DNA from: an uncultured Gammaproteobacteria bacterium
Lineage (GTDB): Bacteria > Pseudomonadota > Gammaproteobacteria > Xanthomonadales > SZUA-36
Direction: 5' to 3'
Length of the DNA: 64,000 bases
NCBI GenBank assembly: GCA_963695135.1
Contig: CAVOGA010000001.1
Location: 292,431 to 356,430, forward strand
Shown here: positions 10,110 through 19,698 of the stretch, in pieces
How positions within the stretch are numbered: the stretch's first letter is position 1
Layout: every line of letters starts with the position of its first letter
Position numbers and translations under genes: made by a program
Notes under the pieces: model-generated
The model's input: only the letters and a program-made list of their open reading frames with translations
Database searches by the model: none
What the model was told of the DNA's origin: nothing

Positions 10110-10302
10110 GATGACCCGAATTCGTCTGCGATTCCCTAGTTTACCAAGGCATCGGGGCCGGCATAACTCCCGGCCGGGTGTTTGCCGTGGCCTTGGCGGA
10201 CCGCCGCCGGCATGATGCAGCGCGCTGGGCTATGGTTCGGAGCACGGGCCGTGGAATAATGTGCTCCCACGCCAGAATCACCGACCGGAGATCTCCCGAA
10301 CC

Positions 10303-11744
10303 ATGGATACACCCAGCGCGCAAAACTTCATCGACGAGAAGTGGAACGACGAGATCGTTCCCGAGCTTGTCGAGTACATCAAGATTCCCAACAAGTCCCC
10401 GCACTTTGATCCGGACTGGGAAGCGCACGGGTACATGGAAGACGCGATACAGCAGATCTACGCCTGGTGCGCGAAACAGGACATTCCCGGCATGACCGCG
10501 GAGATTGTCCGCCTGCCTGGCCGCACCCCGCTGATTTTCATGGAAATTCCCGCAGCCAACGGTGGCAGCAACGAGGACACGGTGCTCCTGTACGGGCACC
10601 TGGACAAGCAGCCGGAGATGAGCCGGCTGGGCGGACGACCTGGGTCCATGGAAGCCGGTCATCAAGGACGGCAAGCTCTACGGGCGCGGCGGCGCGGATG
10701 ACGGCTATGCGGCCTACGGCTCGCTGACCGCGATCCTCGCGGTGCAACGCGAAGGGCCTGCCCCATTGCCGCTGCGTGGTCATCATCGAGGCCTGCGAGG
10801 AGTCCGGCAGCTACGACCTGCCGTTTTACATTGACCACCTGCAGGACCGCATCGGTGAACCGTCCCTGGTGGTTTGCCTGGACTCGGGCGCGGGCAACTA
10901 CGAGCAGCTGTGGCTGACGGTGTCCCTGCGCGGCATGGCGGCCGGCACGCTGCGCGCGGAGGTGCTGACCGAGGGCGTTCACTCCGGCTATGCCTCCGGC
11001 GTGGTGCCCTCCAGTTTCCGGATCCTGCGCCAGCTGATAGCGCGCCTGGAAGACGAGAACAGCGGTCGTGTACTGCCGGATTACCTGCACGCGGATATCC
11101 CGGAACAGCGCCTGGAGCAGACCCGCCGCATGGCCGAAGAACTCGGCGACAAGGTATGGCAGGCCTATCCCTTCGTTAAGGGCGTGGAACCGCAGGCCGA
11201 CAACAACGTGGACCGGATTCTCAACCGCACCTGGCGCCCGGCGCTGTCCTATACCGGCGTGGATGGCATGCCCGCACTGGGCTCCGCCGGCAACGTGCTG
11301 CGCCCCTACACCAGCCTGAAACTGTCCATGCGCCTGCCGCCCACGGTCAACGGTGACCAGGCGACCGCGCGCATGAAAGAGACCCTGGAGGCCAACCCGC
11401 CCTGCAACGCGCGGGTCAGCTTTGAATCAGACCAGGGCGCCACGGGCTGGAATGCGCCGGCGATTGCGCCCTGGCTGCATAACTCGCTGGAGAAGGCCTC
11501 CCAGGCCACCTATGGCCGCAGCGTGATGTACATGGGCGAGGGCGGCACGATTCCCTTCATGGCCATGCTGGGCGAGGCATTCCCCGAGGCACAGTTCATG
11601 ATCACCGGGGTCCTCGGGCCGCAGTCGAATGCGCACGGACCAAACGAGTTTCTGCACATTCCCTTTGCGCGCCGCCTGACCACCTGCGTGGCGCAGGTCC
11701 TCACGGACCATGCGGGACGCAGCCCGCAGCAAGCGGCCGCCTGA
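10303..11744 (+). pseudogene. M20/M25/M40 family metallopeptidase (dipeptidase-like) with two +1 frame changes
   Basis: Frame 1: MDTPSAQNF...LYGHLDKQPEM. Frame 2 from ~10625: GWADDLGPWKPVIKDGKLYGRGGADDGYAAYGSLTAILAVQREG. Frame 3 from ~10760: CVVIIEACEESGSYDL... to 11744. One continuous homologue spread over three frames. Confidence 0.85.
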
Positions 11745-13664
11745 GGCGCACCGCACAAAACGTCGCCGGCAAGAACGCCTAGCTGACGCCCGGCTCCGGG
11801 CGGGGTTCAGGTGGCGGTTGCTGTTCGCCATCCGGCCCGGCCGCACGGCATCCTGGGCATCGTCCGCCAGGACGCGCTCCAGTTCCGCCAGGTTTGCCTG
11901 GATACGGAAACCGTAAGCCTCCTCGTCACCCCAGACCTCGTAGAGTTTGCGCAGGCCTTCCGTGTCGTGCTTCTCGAAGGTCTCTGCAATCCACCTGGCG
12001 CGGGCGTCCGGCACGCCCAACATGCGCAAGGCCTCCTCGCCGGTGGCCAGGGCGGAGCCAAAGGTTTCGCGGGCAAAAAAGTCGACCCCGGCCTTCATCA
12101 GGCGGTAGCTGTGGGGGCGGTCCACGGCCCGGGCCAGTACCTTGAGATGCGGGAACATGGCCTTGGTGGTTTCCACCATGGCGACCGCCTTGTCCGGGTC
12201 ATCGATCGCGATCACCAGCAGGCGCGCGTTGGCCGCTCCGGCCGCCAGCAGCAGGTCGGCCCGGGACGCATCACCGTAAAACACCTTGTTGCCAAAGCGG
12301 CCGGTCAGTTCGATCTGCCCTGCGTCATGGTCCAGCAGGGTGGACTCGAAGCCGCCGGCCTTCAGTGTGCGACCGACGATCTGGCCGAAGCGCCCGTATC
12401 CGGCAATGATCACGGGGCGTCCATGATCCTCCAGGGTTCCATCATCCTCCGGCTCGCTGCTGCGGTCCGCCAGGCGGGGCTGGATGACCCGCTCAAAGAC
12501 AATGATCATCAGGGGCGTCAGAATCATGGAAAGGATGACCACCAGGATCAGGACGCTGGCCGTGTCACCGGGCATGGCGGAGGACTGGAGCGCGAACGAC
12601 ACCAGCAGGAAGGCGAACTCGCCCCCCTGGGCCAGGGCAAAGGCAAACAGGGTCGCATCCGGCACCGGCAACCGGAAAAAGCGCCCCAGAAAGTAGAGCA
12701 CCAGCAGCTTGATGCCCATGAGCGCCACGACCCAGGCCAGGATGGTTCCCGGCTGCGAACCCAGCAGCGCCAGGTCGATGCTGGCGCCAACCGACAGGAA
12801 AAACAGGCCCAGCAGCAGCCCCTTGAAAGGCTCGATATCCGATTCGAGCTGGTGGCGGAACTCGCTTTCCGCCAGCACCACCCCGGCCACGAAGGTGCCC
12901 AGCGCCGGTGACAGGCCGATCAGGTTCATCAACACGATGACGCCAATGATCAGCAACAACGCGGTCGCCATGAAAATCTCGCGGCTGCCGGTACGCGCGA
13001 TGTAGCGGAAGAACGGACGGGCCAGGTAGCGGCCCGCCAGCCAGATACCGAGCACCACGCCGATGACCATCAGGGCGCGCAGCCAGCCGGCCATGTCACC
13101 ATGCGCCGGGCCGTGACCCGCTTCGGCGCCCGGCGCACCCAGACCTTCGAGGGCGAGGAAGGGAATGATCGCCAGGACCGGGATTACCGCGATGTCCTGG
13201 AACAGCAGCACGGAGAAGGCGCGCTGCCCGGCAGCGGTTTTCATCCAGCCCTTCTCATCCAGCGTCTGCAGGACCATGGCAGTGGAGCTCAGGGACAGGG
13301 TCAGGCCAATGAGCAGCGCGGTTTGCCAGGGATAGCCGAAGGCATAACTGATGGTGCCTATCGCCAGCGCCGTGATGACCACCTGGGCGCCGCCAAGACC
13401 CAGGATGGGCACGCGCAGCCGCCAGAGCTTCGACGGCTCCAGTTCCAGCCCCACGATAAACAGCATCAGCACCACGCCAAACTCGGCGAAGTGCATGACA
13501 TCGGAGCCCTCCTCGCCAACCAGCCCGAGAAAGTAGGGGCCGATCAGCAGGCCGGCCAGCAGGTAGCCCAGCGCAGAGCCCAGGCCGAGACGCTTGGCCA
13601 GGGGCACGGCAATCACCGCTGCGGCGAGATAGACCAGGGCCTGTAGCAGTATCTCCTGGTACAT
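11427..13664 (-). CDS. CPA2 family K+/H+ antiporter, KefB/KefC-like, with RCK/TrkA-N domain
   Basis: About 610 aa look genuine (12+ TM region, then VIIAGYGRFGQIVGR Rossmann motif). The last ~135 aa are Arg-rich, non-protein-like, and antisense to the M20 gene. The real stop may be TAG 11781-11779 in another frame (...EPRPEPGVS*). Confidence 0.8.
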   Translation of the reverse strand: MYQEILLQALVYLAAAVIAVPLAKRLGLGSALGYLLAGLLIGPYFLGLVGEEGSDVMHFAEFGVVLMLFIVGLELEPSKLWRLRVPILGLGGAQVVITALAIGTISYAFGYPWQTALLIGLTLSLSSTAMVLQTLDEKGWMKTAAGQRAFSVLLFQDIAVIPVLAIIPFLALEGLGAPGAEAGHGPAHGDMAGWLRALMVIGVVLGIWLAGRYLARPFFRYIARTGSREIFMATALLLIIGVIVLMNLIGLSPALGTFVAGVVLAESEFRHQLESDIEPFKGLLLGLFFLSVGASIDLALLGSQPGTILAWVVALMGIKLLVLYFLGRFFRLPVPDATLFAFALAQGGEFAFLLVSFALQSSAMPGDTASVLILVVILSMILTPLMIIVFERVIQPRLADRSSEPEDDGTLEDHGRPVIIAGYGRFGQIVGRTLKAGGFESTLLDHDAGQIELTGRFGNKVFYGDASRADLLLAAGAANARLLVIAIDDPDKAVAMVETTKAMFPHLKVLARAVDRPHSYRLMKAGVDFFARETFGSALATGEEALRMLGVPDARARWIAETFEKHDTEGLRKLYEVWGDEEAYGFRIQANLAELERVLADDAQDAVRPGRMANSNRHLNPARSRASARRSCRRRFVRCASGGRLLRAASRMVREDLRHAGGQAARKGNVQKLVWSVRIRLRPEDPGDHELCLGECLAQHGHEGNRAALAHVHHAAAIGGLGGLLQRVMQPGRNRRRIPARGALV

Positions 13665-13666
13665 AA

Positions 13667-14632
13667 TCAGTCCCCGACCAGGGGACGCCAGAGCTGATCG
13701 GTGAAGTACTCGCGGCGATCGGTGAAGATGTCCTGCACTTCGAAACCCGCCGCCCGGGCCAGCGCATCGATGTGCGGCTGGTCGTATTTCTGGGAAATTT
13801 CCATGTGAATCAGCTCACCCTCATCGAAATCAAAGGACTGCCCGAGTGCCGCGATATGCACCCGCTGGGCCCTGTCGCTGCGCAGGTAACTTTTGGCCGC
13901 GCCCGTTTCCGGATCGTAATCAGGCTGGTGGGAGAACGCGCTGGTGTCGAAGTCACCACCCAGCTCCCGGTTGATCCGCTCGAGCAGGTTCAGGTTGAAA
14001 CGGGCCGTGATACCGGCGGCGTCATCATAGGCGGCGCGGATCACCGCCGGGTCTTTCTTCAGGTCCAGGCCAATCAGGAGAAAGTCGCCGGCGGTCATGG
14101 ACTGGCGAATGGCGGCAAGAAACTCCACGGCCGCGTCCCGGGTAAAGTTGCCCAGGTTGGACCCCATGAAAGCAAACACCCGGCGCACGTCGGGCCGGCG
14201 CTGCTCCGCCAGCCAGTGCATGTAGTTGCCGGCGATCGGCTCCATGACCAGCCAGGGGCGACCGGGGCGCAGACGCTCTTCAAGCAGGCGCAGCACGTTG
14301 GCCGAGATGTCCAGGGGCTTGAAGACAAACTCCGCGCCGAGCTCGTGGAGCGCGTCGACCAGGTGAGAAATCTTGCTGCCGTCGCCTGCCCCAAGCTCAA
14401 CCAGCTCAAAGGCGCCACCCGTGGCCATGGCGCGGGCAATGCCAGGGCCCTGTTCGCGCAGAATTTCGCGCTCACAGTCGGTCAGGTAATACTCGGGGCT
14501 GGCCATGATGTCCTGGAACAGTCGGTCACCGGCCGCGTCGTAGAAATAGCGTGATGAGAGACGCCTTGGCTTTGCAGCCAGGCCCTCAAGGACGGAATTG
14601 GCGAATTCCCTGTCGATTCCATTGACCTCCAT
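13667..14632 (-). CDS. EgtD-like L-histidine N-alpha-methyltransferase family protein (methyltransf_33)
   Basis: 321 aa; signature SSRYFYDAAGDRLFQDIMASPEYYLTDCEREIL; SAM-binding ELGAGDGSK. The stop lies 2 nt before the KefC-like start. Confidence 0.8.
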   Translation of the reverse strand: MEVNGIDREFANSVLEGLAAKPRRLSSRYFYDAAGDRLFQDIMASPEYYLTDCEREILREQGPGIARAMATGGAFELVELGAGDGSKISHLVDALHELGAEFVFKPLDISANVLRLLEERLRPGRPWLVMEPIAGNYMHWLAEQRRPDVRRVFAFMGSNLGNFTRDAAVEFLAAIRQSMTAGDFLLIGLDLKKDPAVIRAAYDDAAGITARFNLNLLERINRELGGDFDTSAFSHQPDYDPETGAAKSYLRSDRAQRVHIAALGQSFDFDEGELIHMEISQKYDQPHIDALARAAGFEVQDIFTDRREYFTDQLWRPLVGD

Positions 14633-14649
14633 GAACCCCCCGGTGCGTT

Positions 14650-15561
14650 TTATTGTGCGCAGTTGAGCTGCGGGCAGGGTTCGTCAGCCTCGCCCCGTTC
14701 CAGCTGGATGGTAGCGTGCTCGATACTGAACTGCTCGTGAAGCCGAACCGCGAGTTCGTTGAGGAAGTTGTCCGAATCCGGCAGAGGCGACATGACCAGG
14801 TGGGCGGTCAGGGCCGTGTCCGTGGTGCTCATGGGCCAGATATGCAGATCATGCATTGCCTGCACAGCGGGTTGAGCGAGCAGGAACGCCCGCACCTGCT
14901 CCGGGTCAATTTGCTCCGGGACCCCGTCCACCGCCAGGTTCAGGGAGTCGCGCAGCAGGCCCCAGGTCGACCAGAAAATCACCGCGGCGATCAGCAGGCT
15001 GACTGCCGGATCCACCCAGGCCCATCCGAACCACCAGATCAGCGCGCCGGAGATCACCACACCCAGGGAAACCGCCGCATCGGCGGCCATGTGCAGGTAG
15101 GCGCCACGGATGTTCAGATCGCTGTCCTTACCGCGCAGAAACATCAGTGCCGTTGCCGTGTTGATGACCACGCCGATGGCAGCCACCACCATTATGGTGG
15201 TGCCCACCGGCTCCACCGGTTCAAAAAGCCGCCCCAGCGCTTCCCAGGTAATGGCGCCTACCGCAACCAGCAGCAGCAGGCCGCTGCCCAGGCTGGCAAG
15301 TATCGTCGCCCGGGAATAACCATAGGTGCGTCGTGCCGAGGGCTTGCGCGTCGCCAGCGCCGCGGCGCCCCAGGCCAGCAACAGTCCCAGCACATCGCTG
15401 AGGTTGTGGCCCGCATCGGTGAGCAACGCGAGGGAATTGGAGGCCAGCCCGAAGATGACTTCGACCACCACGAAGATGACATTCAGCGCAACGCCAACTC
15501 CGAAAGCCCTGCTGAAGTCAGGGGCCGAATGGTGATGATGGTGGTGATCAGCGCGGTTCAT
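14650..15561 (-). CDS. cation diffusion facilitator transporter (CzcD/ZitB-like)
   Basis: Start at ATG 15561 (MNRADHHHHHHSAPDF, His-rich N-terminus). TM motifs DAGHNLSD and HMAADA; C-terminal cytoplasmic domain. Confidence 0.88.
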   Translation of the reverse strand: MNRADHHHHHHSAPDFSRAFGVGVALNVIFVVVEVIFGLASNSLALLTDAGHNLSDVLGLLLAWGAAALATRKPSARRTYGYSRATILASLGSGLLLLVAVGAITWEALGRLFEPVEPVGTTIMVVAAIGVVINTATALMFLRGKDSDLNIRGAYLHMAADAAVSLGVVISGALIWWFGWAWVDPAVSLLIAAVIFWSTWGLLRDSLNLAVDGVPEQIDPEQVRAFLLAQPAVQAMHDLHIWPMSTTDTALTAHLVMSPLPDSDNFLNELAVRLHEQFSIEHATIQLERGEADEPCPQLNCAQ

Positions 15562-15577
15562 GACAACAGGCTGCTCA

Positions 15578-15865
15578 TTAGGCGGCAGCAAAAAATCCGC
15601 TGTACAGCACCCAGGCGCCGATGACCATGAATCCGCTGCCCGCAATAAGGGACAGTATCCGCGGATTGAGCACCTCGGACAGCAAGGCGCCCGCTGCCAC
15701 ACCGATCGCGCTGGTCAGCACCAGTGCGGAGGCGGCGGCCAGGAATACGGTCAGCTTGCTCACGTCACGATCCGCCGCGAACAGCATGGTGACCAGCTGG
15801 GTTTTGTCCGCCATTTCAGCGATAAAAACGCTGAGAAACACGGTGCCAAGCAGTTTCCATTCCAT
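15578..15865 (-). CDS. UPF0016 (GDT1/TMEM165/MneA) family protein, single-repeat half-size form
   Basis: 95 aa, 3 TM; family motif variant E-M-A-D-K-T (FIAEMADKTQL). Confidence 0.75.
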   Translation of the reverse strand: MEWKLLGTVFLSVFIAEMADKTQLVTMLFAADRDVSKLTVFLAAASALVLTSAIGVAAGALLSEVLNPRILSLIAGSGFMVIGAWVLYSGFFAAA

Positions 15866-15938
15866 CTCGATGTATCTCCGGTCAGGTAGTCACAGTGTAA
15901 CGGGCCGGAATGATTCCGGCCCTCGTCCCGGCGCCTGG

Positions 15939-16550
15939 CTAGCCGCGTTTTTCCCGGGCCAGGGCGCGCTGAACACCCTCGTCATCTTCCATCAGCGCCA
16001 GGAAATTCGCCAGCTTCGGCCAGGGCTCAAGGCCGCCGTCGAGCAGCCGCAGCCAACGCAGCATTGCATAGGCGTAGGCATCGAGCAGCGTGCGGCGCCC
16101 CAGCGCGATATGACCGTCCCCGCTGACCTGGCCCTCCAGCACATCCACGACCCGGCGGATACGCAACTCGAGGCCCGCCTTCACCGCCGCCAGGGCTTCT
16201 TCGCTGTGATCGGTCGTGAAGCGGCCCGGGTTGAACCAGCCGCCAAACGGCGGATGGTAGTCGCCGGTGAGAAAAGCGACCCAACGGTGGAACTGGAGCA
16301 GTTCCTCGTCCGTTTGACCGCCTGCCAGCTCCGAATCTCCGGCCAGGTACTGCAAAATCGCGTCAACCTGGGTCGCCACGGTCCCGTCGTCCAGCTGCAG
16401 CGCCGGAACCGCGCCCAGCGGATTGATGGCGAGGTACTCGTCGGACGGGTCGCGATGATTCACCCGCTTAAGCTCCAGCCCGACTCCCAGCCATTCGGCG
16501 AGAATGATCGGCGCGAGGGCGCAAGTTCCCGGTGCAAAGTAAAGTTTCAT
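15939..16550 (-). CDS. glutathione S-transferase
   Basis: 203 aa; N-terminal thioredoxin-like fold (MKLYFAPGTCALAPIILAEWLG...INPLGAVPAL). Confidence 0.85.
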   Translation of the reverse strand: MKLYFAPGTCALAPIILAEWLGVGLELKRVNHRDPSDEYLAINPLGAVPALQLDDGTVATQVDAILQYLAGDSELAGGQTDEELLQFHRWVAFLTGDYHPPFGGWFNPGRFTTDHSEEALAAVKAGLELRIRRVVDVLEGQVSGDGHIALGRRTLLDAYAYAMLRWLRLLDGGLEPWPKLANFLALMEDDEGVQRALAREKRG

Positions 16551-16559
16551 AAATCCTCC

Positions 16560-17267
16560 TCAGGCCCGCCGGGCCATGTCAAACAACAACACTTCCGCAT
16601 CCTTGCCCGCGGTAAATGACAGGGCGCCGGGCCCGTTAAGCGCAGCACCGTCACCCGCCGCCAGCGCCTGACCGTTAAGCATCAGTTCGCCGCGGGCAAT
16701 GTGCACCCAGACGTCCCGGTTTGCCGTCGCTTCGAAGGTCAGCGCCTCCTCTCCGGACAGCAGACCCGCATAAAGGTCCACGTCCTGGTTCAGGGAGACC
16801 GAGCCGTCACGCCCCTCCCGTGAAGCGACCAGCCGCAGGCGGCCGCGCTTTTCCGCCGCCGCAAAATGCTTTTGCTCATAGCCCGGCTCGTGGCCGCGCG
16901 CATCGGGCAATATCCAGATCTGCAGGAAGTGCACCGGCTCATCAGCCGAGGGGTTGAACTCGCTGTGGGTGACGCCGGTTCCGGCGCTCATCCGCTGCAC
17001 ATCCCCGGGCCGCATCTCCGACCCGTTGCCCATGGAGTCCTTGTGGGCAAGCGCGCCATCGAGCACGTAGGAGATGATTTCCATGTCCCGGTGCGGATGC
17101 GTGCCAAAACCCCGCCCCGGCGCTACGCGGTCATCGTTGATGACGCGCAGCTGCCCGAAACCCATGTGCGCCGGGTCATAGTAATCAGCGAAAGAAAACG
17201 TGTGATGACTGTTGAGCCAGCCATGGTCTGCATGGCCGCGCTCGCTGGCTTTGCGAATCTTCAGCAT
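16560..17267 (-). CDS. pirin family protein
   Basis: 235 aa; cupin metal motif GFGTHPHRDMEIISYVLDGALAHKDSMGN. Confidence 0.9.
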   Translation of the reverse strand: MLKIRKASERGHADHGWLNSHHTFSFADYYDPAHMGFGQLRVINDDRVAPGRGFGTHPHRDMEIISYVLDGALAHKDSMGNGSEMRPGDVQRMSAGTGVTHSEFNPSADEPVHFLQIWILPDARGHEPGYEQKHFAAAEKRGRLRLVASREGRDGSVSLNQDVDLYAGLLSGEEALTFEATANRDVWVHIARGELMLNGQALAAGDGAALNGPGALSFTAGKDAEVLLFDMARRA

Positions 17268-17304
17268 GGTTTTGCTCCTGGTGTTCTGAACCTGCGAGCC
17301 AGTC

Positions 17305-17367
17305 TAATTAATATTCGATAGGTAATTAATAGATGTTTTATTTAATACACCTTTGCATATAATTAAT
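17305..17367. promoter_or_regulatory. divergent pirin / LysR control region with repeated TAATTAAT boxes
   Basis: TAATTAAT at 17305, 17323 and 17360, plus a degenerate TATTTAAT at 17339, in the 102-nt AT-rich gap between divergent genes. These are T-N11-A-compatible palindromic boxes. Confidence 0.35.
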
Positions 17368-17369
17368 CA

Positions 17370-18308
17370 ATGGACCGCCTCGCCACCATGCGCACCTTCT
17401 GCTCAGTCGCCGAAACACGCAGCTTCAGCGAATCTGCGCGGTTGCTGGGCGTATCCGCACCCCTGGTCAGCCGGCACATCTCTGACCTGGAGGCCCACCT
17501 CGGGATCCGCCTGTTCAACCGCACGACGCGGCGGGTGGAGCTCTCCGAGGCGGGAACTGCCTACTATGCCGATTGCCTGCCACTCCTCGAACAACTGGAT
17601 GCGGCGGAGGCGCGGGCCTCCGGGCAGGGGGCGCGGCCCATGGGCCTGTTGCGCGTCTCCGTGCCCATGGACTTTGGCCGCCTGTTCCTGGGGCCGGCGC
17701 TGCGCGAATTCCTGTCCCGGTCGCCGGAGGTACGGCTGGACGTGCACTACGAAGACCGGGAAGCGCGCATTGTTGAAGAGCAGGTGGACGTGGCGCTGCG
17801 TATCGGTGAACTCGTGGACTCTTCCCTGGTGGCGCGACGCCTCGGCGAGGCATGCCTGGGCTGTTACGCCTCCCCCGACTACCTCGCCACCCACGGCGAA
17901 CCCCGCTCCCTGGATGAGCTGGAGCGGCACCGGCTGCTCGCTTACAGCCTGTCCAGCACGCCGGGACAGTGGCCATTTGAAACCGGTGAAGGAGAGCGGC
18001 TCATCAACCTGGCAGGACGCTGGCAACTGTCCTGCAACAACGGCCGGGTATTGGCGGACGCCGCCTGCCGCGGGCTGGGAATCGTGAGGTTGCCGGAGTT
18101 CCTGGTCGCCGATCACCTCGGGAGCGGCAGGCTCATGGAAGTGCTCAGGCGCTACCGCTCCCGCTCCCTGCAGATCTCCGCGGTGACCCTGGATCGCCGC
18201 TTCAGGCCTGCCAAGGTCAGCGCATTTCTGGACTTCCTCGGCGAGTATTTCGCACGGCAGGATGGCTGGATGCCCCGCGGCCTGGTGAGCCAGCCGCCGA
18301 TGGCTTGA
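17370..18308 (+). CDS. LysR family transcriptional regulator
   Basis: 312 aa; N-terminal HTH (MDRLATMRTFCSVAETRSFSESARLLGVSAPLVSRHISDLE); divergent from pirin. Confidence 0.9.
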   Translation: MDRLATMRTFCSVAETRSFSESARLLGVSAPLVSRHISDLEAHLGIRLFNRTTRRVELSEAGTAYYADCLPLLEQLDAAEARASGQGARPMGLLRVSVPMDFGRLFLGPALREFLSRSPEVRLDVHYEDREARIVEEQVDVALRIGELVDSSLVARRLGEACLGCYASPDYLATHGEPRSLDELERHRLLAYSLSSTPGQWPFETGEGERLINLAGRWQLSCNNGRVLADAACRGLGIVRLPEFLVADHLGSGRLMEVLRRYRSRSLQISAVTLDRRFRPAKVSAFLDFLGEYFARQDGWMPRGLVSQPPMA

Positions 18309-18363
18309 TTCAGGGCGGTGCCGCAAGGATACTGCGTCCCTGTTTCATCAGGATTGCAGCGTT

Positions 18364-19281
18364 ATGAGTGATGAGTTCAAGGTCTGGTTCAACGGCCAGA
18401 TAAAGCCCTTTGAAGACTGCCAGGTCAGCGTCCGGGCCCACGCCCTGCACTACGGCTCTTCCGTTTTCGAAGGCATTCGCGTCTACCGGACACCCGACGG
18501 GCCGCGGGTATTTCGCCTCACCGACCATCTGAAACGCTTTTTCTGGTCTGCCTCGGTGTACCGGATTCCGATCAAATGGAGCCCGGAGGAAATCCACGCG
18601 GCCTGCCGTGAGACCGTCACGGTGAACGGCCTGGAGGCAGCCTACCTGCGCCCGGTGGCATTCCGTGGCGACTGCGGCCTGGGACTGTTTCCCCGGAACC
18701 TGGATGCGACGGAAACCGCCATCATCGTCGCCGAGTGGGGTACCTACCTTGGCGAAGGCGTGCTGGAGAACGGCGTGGAAGTATGCGTCAGCTCCTGGCA
18801 GCGCGTGGCGCCGAACACGATTCCAGCGGGCGCCAAGGCCGGCGGCAACTACCTGTCATCGTTCCTGATTGTCTCCGAGGCCCGCGACCGCGGCTTCACG
18901 GAAGGGATCGCGCTGGGCACCGACGGCCTGGTCAGCGAGGGCAGCGGTGAAAACATCTTCGTGGTCAGCGAGGGGCGCATCCTGACGCCGCCCGTGTCTT
19001 CCTCGATCCTGGGGGGAATTACCCGGGATACCGCCATCAAGCTGGCCGGCGACCTGGGCATGAACGTGGTGGAACAATCGATTTCCCGCGAGCAGCTCTA
19101 CGCGGCCGACGAGATTTTCATGACCGGGACAGCGGTCGAGATTACGCCGGTCCGCCGCGTGGATCACCTGGTGATCGGCTCCGGACGCCGCGGTCCCGTC
19201 ACCGAGCAACTCCAGGATGCCTTTTTTGGCCTCTTCGACGGCCGGACAGCGGACTCGCGGGGCTGGCTGGAGCCGCTCTGA
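18364..19281 (+). CDS. ilvE: branched-chain amino acid aminotransferase
   Basis: 305 aa; class IV aminotransferase pattern (FEGIRVY, YLRPVAF, GGNYLSS, EGSGENIF). Confidence 0.9.
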   Translation: MSDEFKVWFNGQIKPFEDCQVSVRAHALHYGSSVFEGIRVYRTPDGPRVFRLTDHLKRFFWSASVYRIPIKWSPEEIHAACRETVTVNGLEAAYLRPVAFRGDCGLGLFPRNLDATETAIIVAEWGTYLGEGVLENGVEVCVSSWQRVAPNTIPAGAKAGGNYLSSFLIVSEARDRGFTEGIALGTDGLVSEGSGENIFVVSEGRILTPPVSSSILGGITRDTAIKLAGDLGMNVVEQSISREQLYAADEIFMTGTAVEITPVRRVDHLVIGSGRRGPVTEQLQDAFFGLFDGRTADSRGWLEPL

Positions 19282-19287
19282 GACGGC

Positions 19288-19698
19288 CTAGTCTTCGATC
19301 GGGTCGATCTGCAGGTTGAGAATGACTTTTTTCGTGCTGGTCTGATAGGGCTCGCCGATCGGCACGACCAGGTTGGGCTGCGCGGAAAGGTTGCCCGAAC
19401 TGTAGTCCATTGACACCTGCAACTGGCCGTCGTCCATGGTTTGAATCAGCACGCCCATGGTGAAGTTGGGCGGGTCATCCCGGTAAATCCGGGTCGTCTG
19501 ACCTTCCTCGGCAATGATGACCGGCGCGGCCACCACTTCCCCAAGGTGCACCAGGGATACCGTCACGCGGTATTTCTGGGCTGCCAGGGCCGGCGTCGAC
19601 AGCAAGGCGAACGACAGCATCAGCAACCAGCTGAGAACCAACTTGCGCCTGGGCGCCCGGGCGCGTTTCGGGCAATGATTGATCGTTGTCATGAGCAC
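19288..19698 (-). CDS. hypothetical secreted protein
   Basis: 136 aa; signal peptide (LVLSWLLMLSFALLSTPALAAQ); no recognised motif. Confidence 0.6.
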   Translation of the reverse strand: MLMTTINHCPKRARAPRRKLVLSWLLMLSFALLSTPALAAQKYRVTVSLVHLGEVVAAPVIIAEEGQTTRIYRDDPPNFTMGVLIQTMDDGQLQVSMDYSSGNLSAQPNLVVPIGEPYQTSTKKVILNLQIDPIED

